Source of the DNA: Vicugna vicugna
Lineage: Eukaryota
Length of the DNA stretch: 63,865 bases
Direction of reading: 5' to 3'
Assembly (NCBI GenBank): GCA_013265495.1
Contig: MU063499.1
Location: 186,136 to 250,000, forward strand
This document shows, in pieces, positions 36,301 to 48,300 of this stretch (positions within the stretch are counted from its first letter, which is position 1; the number at the start of each line of letters is the position of its first letter). The notes under the pieces are model-generated. The model did not search any database, was not told the origin of the DNA, and saw only the letters and a program-made list of their open reading frames with translations. The position numbers and the translations under genes were made by a program.

Positions 36301-39300
36301 CTGGGTCCCCCTTGGGGCCGCGACGCCGTTCAGGCACAGGCAGGAAGCTGCCAGAGCTCTCATCCCAGGTCTCCACAATTTCCCGCAGTGCAGACGTCTG
36401 AGTGACAGTGAGGGGTCAGAAGAACACACCCATTACTGCAGCCACCCATGTGCTGGCCTGGCCCTGTGGGCATAATTTGCCCCATGAGGCTCCCATCAGC
36501 CCCCCGCTGAGTCCCCAAACAACCTACCTTGATGCCAATATTTTCCAGCAATCGCTCCACATTCTGGGGACACAGACTGGGTGAGGGGCTGCCAGCAAAG
36601 GAGGAGACCCAACACTGCCCCCCCAAAACAGCCTCCATGCTCTCTTCCCCAGGCCTCTTGCCCAGAGGACCTTTTAGCCCCCAGGTGAAGGAGCTCAAGT
36701 CCACTGGAAGCCCTTCCTTGGCATGTCCCCAGGGCCCAGGTTCCCCTCGGTGTAGGCTACAGGAATCCCAACAGGGCAGGGGACCAAGCACACAGGGCAG
36801 AACCCGTGGGGCCTCATGGCAAGTGGAAGAGGACAGAGGTGGCCCCTATAGGCACGCAAATAACAGTCAAGGACCAGGTCCCCAGCTGCACTCACCGGCG
36901 GGCTCCCAGGCTCTCCTCTCAGACCACGCTCTCCAGGGAGGCCCTGGAGACATTGAGAGGTAAGCTGCTGGACCCAGTTTGTGGGCATGTGTGTGCATAT
37001 GTGGGTGCTAGAGTTACCTGGACAAGGGAAAAAGGTGGGGGCCTCACCTGTTCTCCTTTGGGTCCAGTCTCCCCACGGTCACCCTGAGAACAAATAATGA
37101 CCAGTGGGGAAAATGCCCCCACCCTGGGAAGCCCCTCACCACACCCACAACCCAGTGTCTGCACACTCACCTTGGGGCCTGAATTTCCCGGAATGCCAGG
37201 AAAGCCCTGAGATGCGACAGAACACAGAGGTCACACAGGATCACGGTGTCCCAGGAAGGTATTTGACGGCAACATAATAGCCCCTCCTGGAACCACCCTG
37301 GACACTCACCTGGCCCGGAGGGCCGACCTGCCCCGGAAGGCCTGGGGGGCCCTGGAGTCCAGGGCTGCCAGGAGCTCCACGCTCACCCTTGGGGCCATCA
37401 CGACCCTGTGGAAGATGCAGCCAGCATCAGGACCCAGAGACCCCAGAAAAGAGTGGAGCCACAGAGTCACAGGGTCAGGGTCATGGTTCAGAGGTTACAG
37501 AAGATGCCAGTACTCACTTCTCTCCCAGGGAGGCCCAAATCTCCCTTCTCTCCCTAAGGAAGACAAGGGTGCTTCAGACACGGCCCCAGTCTGAGCCAGA
37601 GCAGACTCCAAGCGAGGGGCTTTACCTTCCTCCCGTCTTCGCCAGGGTCCCCAGGTTCTCCCTGCAGGCAGAGGACTCACATCAGACCAAGCAAAATTAT
37701 GAATTGCCTGTGTGTCTTGGCATCTGTGAGTCCTGTGTGCATCTCAATATGTGTGGCCATATGTATATGAGTGACCGTGGATACAAATGCACCTGTTGGT
37801 ATGTCTCTGCATGTATCACACGTCAGAGCCTTGGATGTGTGCCTCACCATGTCTCTACAGAGGTCCACATGCAGCCCCGGGTCTGCATCATAGCACGTGT
37901 CTGAGTGTGGGTGGGGATGTGTATGTGTCAACATGTCTCCAGTGTCCCTGAATGTGGCTTCACACCAGTGTGTCTGCATCTCTCCATGTCTATCCTGACA
38001 CTCACGTTTTTCCCATTCAGGCCAGGCTTGCCATCCTCGCCTGGCTTTCCCTGTGGGAACAGATCATTGGTGAGAAGACAGGGATGGGGTGAGGGCAGTA
38101 AGGGGGCAAAAGGGTACCATGAAAGTGGGACTCACTGGTGCTCCTGGGGGGCCAGGGGGGCCAGAGAGGCCCTGTTCTCCTCGGAGGCCTGGAAGTCCCT
38201 GGAAAAAATCTTTGCTGGATTGAGAAGGCCACTGAGATAGCCCCTGGGGCACATCCATGGATTTGGAGGATCTCACTAAGACCCTCCTCCAGTGTAGAGA
38301 CTCCCTCAGAATTAAGAGGTGCCACTGAGACCCCAAGGTTGAGATCCCATGGGTTGGGGCCCCCTGCTGAAACACCCAAGGGAAGAACCTGAGGATCTGA
38401 GGAGCCTACTAAAGCCTCCAAGGCGGAGACAGTTAGCAAACAGGACTCCAATCAAACCTGCCTGCAGGGAATGGGACTCTCCCAAAGACAGGGCTGAACC
38501 AACTCCCCCTGACGCTGTGACTATGACAACCAGCTACAGTTTAGCTGGACCCCTGAGCCACCTTCCATCCTAATATCTCCCGTTACTTACGTCTCTCCCT
38601 GGGTCCCCGGCCTTGCCCGTAGCACCCTGAGGAGAGACTCAAAGTCAGGGAGTCCACATTGGTCATGGGGTCAGGGGCACTGCCTGCTGACAGGGCCACT
38701 AATTTCTGTGAACCCAAGGCTTGCCAGACAGTAACATCCCCCACCCAGGCGGGGTACTAGGGGGAGACACGTAACCCATCTGGCCCCAAAGTTCATCAAG
38801 ATCCAGCAGGGAGGAGGGTACAGCTCAAATGGTAGAGCGTTTGCTTAGCATGCACAAGGTCCTAGGTTCAATCCCCAGTATCTCCTCTAAAAAAATAAAT
38901 AAATAAACCTAATTACCCACTCACCAAAAAGAAAAAAAAGAAGTATTCACTACAGTAACTTTGAAAAAAAAAAAAAAAACCCAGAAGACTCAGGTAAGAC
39001 TGAGCTCATATAAAGGGACAAGGGAAGGGATGTGACCAGGTAGAGACCACCACAATTCACCTGCAGCCCAGGGGGGCCAGGGGCTCCTGGTTTCCCATCC
39101 AGCCCACTGCGGCCATCCAGGCCAGGGGGGCCTCGGTCACCCTGAGGAAAAGCATAGTAAGAGGCTTCAAAGGGCTGGATCTGAGAGACCAGGCTCACCA
39201 TCCAAAACAGGGCTCCACAGCTCTCTCACCTTTTCTCCTACTGGGCCTCGAACACCTGGGTCCCCCTGAAGGGAACAAGGTCAGTGAGAGGTGAGGACAA

Positions 39301-42300
39301 GATGGGGACTTAGGCTGATGGGCAAAGTGCGTCACTCACCTGTGGGCCTGGGGGCCCCCGAAGTCCACTGATGCCCTGCAGATGGGGAGGAAGAAATCAG
39401 AGCAGGCGTTCCCAGGCCCACACGTCCCCAACAGGACCAGCCACACTCACCCTCTCCCCAGAGGCTCCAGGGGGGCCGGGGTCACCCTTGGGTCCTCGAG
39501 GACCCTCCTGTCCACGGTCCCCAGGCTCTCCCTGTGGCAGAGACAAGCGTGTTGAGGGAACAGCACCGGGGCCACAGGCATGCCCGAGGTAGAACCTGTC
39601 GTGGGGGCACTGAGATGCTTTTCCTAGGCTCACAACTTCACTCCACCCCCAGAACCTGATACCTTCTCTCCGGCTCCAAGTCCCGTGTCCACCTGTGGGG
39701 GGAATGGCGAGTGAGAAGAATTATTTAACTAGGGGAAGTGGGCTAGGGACGGGAGATAGAGCTGCAAGATCAATGAAGATACCAGGGGGCAGAGGGAGAG
39801 GTCGGAGGGAGACAATGGAAGGGATAAGGGGACACTGTGCAAAGCCAGCACAGGCAGGTGAGGGAGATGACAGAGGATTAGATCCACTCAACCCTTACCA
39901 GCCGTCCAGGGGGTCCTGGGGGACCCTGGGGAAGGAAATAATCATAGTCAACAGGAGCTCAAAGGCCCCAGGACACAGCTCAGGTTTGCCCCAGTCTCAA
40001 CTCTGCTCCCAGATTCCCTGAAGCACCACAATGCCAACCCCAGAAGGCAGGTCAGGCCTGGAGGTGGCCACCGCGGCTCCCTACCATGACCTCCAGGCCC
40101 TTTATGGAAGTGCTGACCAGACGGGCACTGGAAATCTTCCATCCCTACCAAGCCCGGAACACAGAACTACTCACCGACTCCCCACGGTCGCCCTTGGGTC
40201 CAGGTAGTCCAGGACTCCCCTGCAGAAAGTCAGAGGGTCAGGGTCCCAAAGAAGAAGCAACAACAGTTTGGGGAGCTTTGGACTCACCCTAAGGACTCAT
40301 GGGGATCCTGGTGGCCTTTGGGGGTTGTGACAAAGGGGTCACAGGAAATGAAAACTGTGAGGGTTTAGCATTGCAGGGCTGGGGTGGCAGGTTCAGGGGC
40401 TGGGAATCAGATGGTTGGGGATTGAAGCTGAGGTTGGGGTCAGAGGTCAGGACTTACATTTCGTCCATCCTCTCCAGGATCTCCCTGGTCTCCCTTCTCA
40501 CCCACAGGCCCCCGAGCTCCAGGTGCCCCCTGAAAAGAGCAGCTCTTCTGAGACAGACCTTCTCAGCATTTTGTAGATTCCCCCATGACACCCCATACTG
40601 CCCCAGGTTCTCCATCACCCTGAAACCCATGCCAGAGTTTCCCACCACCACAACCTCCCTCCAGACTCTCCCATCAGCCTTTCTCCCCTCAGAGTTTCCC
40701 ATCACTTCCCTTACTTCTCCCTGCCAAGCCTCACCCGAAGGCCACGCTCGCCAGCTTTTCCAGGCAAACCTGGGTCACCCTGGTGATGGAGAGAACACCA
40801 CATTGAGCAAGCAAGTTAGTCTCAAGCTAACTCAGGGAGTGGCGGCAGAGAAGGTCCTGGGCATTAACTGGACAAGAAGCAGGAGGATGGACTGGACAAC
40901 CTGGTGGAGCCCCCAGCCCACTGGGATCACAGTTCAAGGGTAAAGGATCAGAAACCACAGCAGGAAGGAGTCTCACCGGGGGACCCTCGTCACCTTTCTC
41001 TCCAACTTCACCCTGTGAGACATGAGAGTCAGCCCTGGTCCTCAAACCCTGAATGATGTCAGCAATACCCTACTCCCCATCCCCCAGAGCTCCCCCAGTC
41101 CAGTCCTCTTACATCTCGTCCTCGGGGGCCGACAGGACCTGAGGAACCAGGCCGCCCAGGGTCTCCCTTCTCTCCAGGAGGCCCCGAGTCACCCTGTGGA
41201 GGAGGCAAGAGTGAAGCTGCACATCCAGCCAGCCCTTGAGGGGAGATGACCCCAGAAATCGTGATATTACCCAAGATCACAGGTACTCACTGGGGGTCCT
41301 GCTCTGCCAGTGAGGCCGATGGGACCCTGCAGTGCATGGGGAGGGAGGACAGGGCTTAGTCTCAGACACCACCTCATCTCCTTCTGTCACACCCCCTTTC
41401 CCCACTGTTACTCACCCGGTCTCCAGGGTCTCCCTTGGGGCCAGGGTCTCCAGGAAGAACCAAGCCAGGTGGGCCCTGTGGGAGGAGGGGTCAGAGGTCA
41501 GGAGACACAACCTTCACCTGCCCTACCCCCTAAACACTTCCCTGCACTCACCCGCTCTCCTTTGACTCCAGTAGCTCCTTTGGGCCCAGCCGGCCCCACA
41601 TCTCCCTAGAGGTGACAAAGACCATCAGTGTCAGCCCCAGGCTCTGTGACCCCCACCAGCCAACAATCATGCCATAACCCTCATGACCTCCAGGGGCCTC
41701 TAGGTAGGCCCCACGACCTTGAGCTCAACCTGTAACAGCCTCCCTTCACTCTCGCCAGACTTGCCTTCTCTCCTTTGGCTCCAGCACCTATCGGTCCCTG
41801 AAAACAAACAGGAGAGACATGGCTTGGTCCCCCCTAGGGATCATAGTACCACAGCCTTGATTAGGGTTGGGGTTATACAGAACTAGAAGTCTCTGCTCAG
41901 AGGTCACAGGATCACCGCTGGGAGGAGGGCAGGGATTACAAAGGGCTTACGACCTGTACGGTGGTCATGGGGTCACAGGATTGCAGCCAGGAGTTGGAAG
42001 ACGTGTTATAGCATAAGGAGAGCCACAGAGCTCTGAGTCTGCCCAGGTCCCGAGGTTATCGAGTCACAGCCTGGATCACTGGTTTCTAGACAAGTCAAGG
42101 CTCAAGGGGCTGTGCTATACTCAGAGCCCCACCCTCCCTTCACTCACCACTGCAGGGTCTCCAGGGCGACCAGGCTCCCCCTGTGGAGAAAGGATAGCGG
42201 GGAGGGGAGGGGTGGTCACGGACACACCTAGAAACCCAAGGTCCTAGTACCCCATCTGCCACAAACCCTGGCACTGGAGGGGACAGATCCCCAGCCCATC

Positions 42301-45300
42301 CATGACCCACCTTCTCTCCTCGGTGGCCAGTGGGTCCTGGTGGCCCCTGCACATGGAGAAAGCGTGAGCCCAGGAGGGGAGGGACACATGAAAGCCCCAC
42401 TCCTGGTCCCACCACAGTTACACACTCACTTCAGGACCCTCAGCTCCAGGACGTCCAGCAACTCCCGGTGGTCCCTGGGAAAGAGGAGCAGAAATGCTGA
42501 TCCAGGTGGGCAGGGGCAGGGGCATTATGGCTGAAGGGCTAGAGGCTGGGGTGGGGATCACAGAAGATCAGAATTTAGGTTGGCAAGGGTCACACTCAGC
42601 AGGAGGAGAGACACCAGATCAGTGGAAGTCAAGGTCGGTTAAGCAGGGTAAGAAAGCTAAAAATGGTTCCCTGGGGTTGAGGGTTAAAGCCTGCATCAGC
42701 GAGATTAGGAGTCATGTGAGATGGGGTGGAGGGGCAGGGGTAGTGGAGGTCAGGGACGACAAGTCAAAACCAGGAGGGGGCATACAACCCAGGTTAGATG
42801 GCACTGGCATGGGGGTCAATAGCTCACCTGGGGTCCCACTGGGCCAGGGGATCCGCGTTCGCCCTGTTGGAACACAATGGGTCAGAGCCGAATCTGGGCC
42901 CTGACCCTCTAGGGCCCTGAGAGCCCCCAAGGCTTCACTTACCTTCTCCCCAGTCTCACCCACAGCCCCTTTCAGTCCTTGGTCACCCTGAGGGGAGAGA
43001 GATGGGAAAGGGGCCATGACTGTAGAACCCCAGACAAGGTCTCTCAAACTCCAACCATCCACCTCTGAAACCACAACCTCTGATCTGGAAAGAACCCTTA
43101 TCTCCTGATCCTCCCAACTCTCCTAATCCTATTGGGGTCCCAGTGTGTCACCCCTCATATCTGACCTCTCCCAAAATGACACTTACTTTGGGGCCAGCAT
43201 CTCCAGGAAGTCCCCGTAGGCCCTGAAAGGCGTTCAGAGATTTGGGTTTGGGCATAAGGATGGAGTAGAGGACTGATGGCTGAGGGTCAGGGTGGAGCTA
43301 TGCCCACCACACTCAGAACCCCTGGCCCCCATACTCACCCGCTCACCCGGGGTCCCAGGTTGCCCTGGGAGGCCTGGGGCTCCATCCTCACAGTCGCCCT
43401 GAAGGAGAAACAGATGGGTAGGAGACCCTACCCCCAGCACCCAGACCCCCCCCAGAACTAGGGCACCAAGAAGTGAGGTCTCCCACCTTTTCTCCTTTTT
43501 CTCCAGAGGGGCCAACTGGGCCTTGGGGTCCAGGACTTCCAGGAAGACCCTAGGAGAAAGTAAGTAAAACTGTGAGTTTTAAAGTGAGGTCCAGCATCCA
43601 CCCACTGCCCCAGCAGAGCCCCCAGCTCCTCTACCCACATCCCTCAGCAGGTCCCCCAGTGTCCCCTGCAGAGCCTCAAGGCTCCCTCACCGGCAGCCCA
43701 GGCTCCCCTAGAGCAGCACCATCACCTGGTCCAGGGGGACCCTGGGAAAGAACAGCAGGTCAGGGGATGGCCAGAGAGAATTCAACTCTAAGCCATCCCA
43801 GCATACCTTGCCCTCACTTACCCTCTCCCCACGATCACCTTTGTCACCCTGAAAGACAGATCATGACCCATGACCCTAGACCACACCTCCAGTCCCCAAG
43901 ATATCGGGAGGAATGAGGGTTGTGGGGTCAAATTGGATTACAAAAGTCATAGAAGAATTGAGGGGTTGCGGATGGGGGGTGGTCAAGAGGCCATGTGGGT
44001 TCAGAGTGACCAGTAGGGGTTGTGTGGGTTCAAACAGGGTCAGGGATCACCAGGTCACTGGATCACATGGAGGTGATGAGACCATGTGGTAATCATGCTG
44101 TCACCTTCACTGATGTTCCAGGTAGTCCTGGGGGACCACGGGGTCCTGGGTCCCCCAGTGGGCCACGAGATCCAGGGGGGCCCTGATGGAAGAGACAAAG
44201 CATAAAGTACAAACCCATAGATCCCTACTCTCGCCCCCCTAATGGTTCCCCCACCATATGTCACTTGCCTCCTCGTAATCTAAAACTTACCGGTGGTCCA
44301 GAGTCCCCTTTCCGCCCAGGGAGCCCTGGTCCCTCGCTTCCAATGACTTGTCCAGGCTCTCCCTGCAGGACAGAAAACAGAGGGCAGGAATTAGGGTATG
44401 GGAACCCTAAGGTGGGAGAAGCCCTCCTCCTAAAAAACAAAAACAAACAAACAAACAAAAAAAAGGTGGGAGGAGCCCCTAGAGATCCCTAGCTGTTCCT
44501 TATCACGCCTTAGGCCCTGCACAGTGCCTGGCCTCAGGCAACCCCGCTCTTCCATGGGACATCCCAGCTTGGCTCCCTCCCTCTTCCCTTCACCTACCGG
44601 CTCCCCCTTCGGGCCTCGAGGCCCTCGTTCTCCCTGAGGACGAAACAGAGCAAAGGGTAATAATTGGTCTGTGCATTTTAGGGCAGGCCCCCATGGACCA
44701 TCCTTGCTTCATCACCCCAGATCCCCACCCGGCAGAAAGAACTCTGGGAAGACCCTGGGGGGAGAGCAACTTACAGGTTCTCCACGAGGGCCCGGCCACC
44801 CTGGGGAGCCCTGAAATGGAGACCAGAGTCAGACCAATCAGACCACCCCACCCACTCAGGCAGTGTCCTACCATGTGACCTGCGAGGCCAAGGCTTGCTC
44901 ACCTTTGGGCCGGGGGTTCCAGGAGTCCCAGGGCGGCCAGGGCTGCCTGGAGGCCCATCTGCCCCAGGGAAACCCTAAGGAAGCAAAGAGGTCAGGACAG
45001 GAAGGGACCCTCTGCCCAGTGCCCCTGGTTTGATGGAGGAGCCTCAACTATTCTTCACCTGGACTCCTCACCCCATAGGCCCCTAAGTGTTGTTGAGGGT
45101 GGAGCAGTGAGCTGAATGGAGCCTAACCTCAGACACAAGGGTGGCCATGAGGCCAATGCCATTTCCCACCTCTCGGACTTAGAACTTCCAGCCAGGCTCT
45201 CCAGGAGATGTTGAAACCCCACCTGCCCCCCTCTACTTCAGACCCTTCCCCAAATCTTTGTTGTGGTTTACAATGTCCATTTAGGCTCCTAGGAAAACCC

Positions 45301-48300
45301 TGTGGTTCTAACTCTGCCTTTTTCTTCTCTCTTCTAAAAATCCCGAGGAACCTTCAAGGAGACTCTAAGGGGAGCCTCAACGGTCTCTACACTCACCCTC
45401 TCGCCCTTTGCAATGCTTCTTCCAGGAGGCCCCTGGGGGCCAGGAACACCGATCCTGCCCTGAAAGGAGAGAGCGGGTAAGGAGGCAGTACATCGGTCAG
45501 GGTACAGAGGACAGGTGAGGGGAGGCACTCACCGGCAGGCCGGGGGGTCCGGGAGGCCCAGCTTGTCCTTTCAGGCCCTAGGAAGGGTGATCAGTGAGCC
45601 CTGTGCTGCTGACCTTCCCCTGCCCCACTGAGCCCCACAACCCATTTTCTACCCCCAACCAGGGCCACTCACCATCTCTCCAGGTTCCCCCTTCTGACCC
45701 TAGGGAAAGACATGTTGGACAAGGGTCAGGGCAGCTCATCCCAAAAGGGGCCCTCAGCCACCCACCCAACCCTGCACACTTACCTTTGGACAATGCACCG
45801 AGCAAGGCTCTGGCTGTGGCTGTGGACACAGGGTCTCCTTGAGGCTAGGCAGTTCTACCAAGAGCCTCCCACACCTCCTCTTCTCCATCACCCCCAGAGT
45901 CTCCATCACCCCCAGAGGCCCCTTCCTAACCTGGGTGGTCAAAGCTGTCTGACACAGGGCTGTTGCCAGACTACTGACTGCTCGGTCCAAGCTTAGACCA
46001 TCATCCACAGCAAAGAAGGTCTGGACAGGGTCCATGCCTGGCACCAGGCGACGCAGCTGCTCTTGGTCAGCTCCCGCCAGGCCCAGCATCATCACTTTGA
46101 GCCCTAAGGAAGGGTCCGACAGCCTGTATGACAACCCTGCTGAGGCCAACCCTATTCCCAGGCCCCATCTCCACCAACCCTGCTCCTCACCAGCAGCCTG
46201 GGCCTCACGGATAGGGCTAAAGATGTCACCTCTCAAGGGCTCATCCACCAGCAGAACCATCACCCCAGGCACGTGCCGGCGGCGCCCAGGAGCATCTGGT
46301 GCCAACAGGTATCTGTGAGCTGTAACCACAGCTGTGCCTGGGAGAAAGGACATGTCAGAACCCAGGGCCACCAAGCTCCCAGTGGGGAAGCCCCAAGAGT
46401 CTATGTCCACTGTAGTCTTTACCCAGGTTGTTCCCACTTGGGTCCATGTAGGGGATGTTGCGGATCTTTTGCAGAATGACACCAAGGTCATGGGAGCTAT
46501 TCAGTGAGAACAGTGGGGAAGGCCGGTGACTGTAGGACAGGAGGCCAACCTGGTGTAGGGGGAACACAAAGTCTGGGGAGGATGACAGAGCAGGGATGGG
46601 GACACAGAGCCTGGGAGGAGACACAGAGCCCAGGGTACGCGACTAAACCTAAACTGTGAGGGGGTCAGCAGTGATGGTAAGACAGGGAGCCAACCAGCAA
46701 GAAAGAAGATCTGAGCATGCGGAAGGGCTGGGAGAAAGGCCTGGACCAGTAGGGGGGCAGGGAAATGGGAGCTGGTATGGAGCCTGGGATGGGCAGGGCC
46801 AGGTAGGGGTCTGGCTGCCTGTAGGGCCAAACCTGCACTGCCTGCGGCCCAAGAGGCCCAAGTGCAAACACCAGACGCTCCAGGGCTCCCCTCACAGCCT
46901 CTGCACGATGAGCATTGTCTCGAGTGGTATGCAGCAGGAAGACCACATCCATCAGGCCTTGGGGACACACTGCAGGAAAGCAGCTTAGTTACTGAAGCAG
47001 TCGGCCCATTTACCTATCTTCTTAGGCTTCTCCACTGTGCACCCCCATACCTGGGTTGTGTGTGACAGAGGCCTCACGACCCTGTACACCTTCCCGGACA
47101 GGTGTCAGGGAAAAGATGTAGGAGGTTCCAGGCTCTAGCCCTGTCACCCGCTGGGAGTTCAAGACCCCAGGAAGTGTCTGTGAGGCCACAGGCAATTCTA
47201 CAGAGGACAGAACTCAGTTAAACAGGAAACCCTCCATGGAGCCCCAACTGCCAGCCCACCCCAATCCTGGCCTCCCTTTCACCTTGGTCAGGGCCTCTAA
47301 GTGGCCGCCAGGATAGGATGTAGCTGGATACCCCAGACACTGGGGTCCAGGCCAGAGTTACTGAGTCGATTGAGGTGTCCACCACACGCAATTCAGTGCT
47401 TGGGACACGAGGCGACTCTGAAAGAGGAGTCAAAGATCAGGGATCAGAGTCTGTGTCCTGAGAACCCAGAGGGGAAAGATCTAAGCAGATCTAGAGGCAG
47501 ATTCATCTCAGTGAAGGAAGGTCATGCTGGGATCACCCTAGGTCAGGACTGGTAGGAGGGCTATAGGAGGAGTCACTCGGGGTCATGGGGTACAAGAAAT
47601 CAGAGTAGGTCATCAGTAGGGGGAAGAACACACCAGTGTAGGCAGTCACTTCCGAGGGGGGGCCTTCTCCAGCTGGCCCCAAGACACTCAGCCATATGCG
47701 GTAGTGGGTTGCTGGCTCCAGCCTGTCCAGTTCATAGCTGCTGAGCTCGGGCCCCAGGACCCGAGACTGTTCCTGGCCACCTAGGGCAGGTGTGAGGGTG
47801 CGGATGGAGGCACCTGAGAAGATGCTAAGATGGGCATTAATGCACACGCCCACCTCACTGACCTCTACCTACCTTACTAATGATGACCCCACCAGCCTGC
47901 CCACTTTCACTGACCTTGCCAACCTAGCCCACATCCCCAACCCCATCCCTGGCCCGCCCCCATTGGTCCTTAACTCCCTACTGGGGGTGACTCTTACCCT
48001 CAGGTCGCCAACGCAGACGGAAGCCACGTGCCCCGGGCACCGGCTGCCAGCTCAGCCTCAGCGAGTGCTCCCCTCGCTGCACTACGCGAAGTGTCTCCAG
48101 GGCTGGCGGAGCCACAGGTGCTTGAGAGAAAGTGCACGGATCAGGGAAGCTCCGCCCCCACCAATCCCTGCACCAATCCCAGACCAACCCTGGAACAAGC
48201 ACTGCCCCCAGCCGGCTCCTCTGCCTATCCCAGGCTGCATTCCTCTTCCCCTTGAAGACCACCCCCCCCCCCCCCCCCCCCCCCCCCCCCACCACCAATC

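Noticed and set aside
35629-36429. 266-aa ORF and many other long ORFs on both strands across COL7A1
   Set aside because: Mosaics of exon and intron in GC-rich, stop-poor sequence; plus-strand Pro/Gly/Ser-rich ORFs are antisense shadows of Gly-X-Y codons
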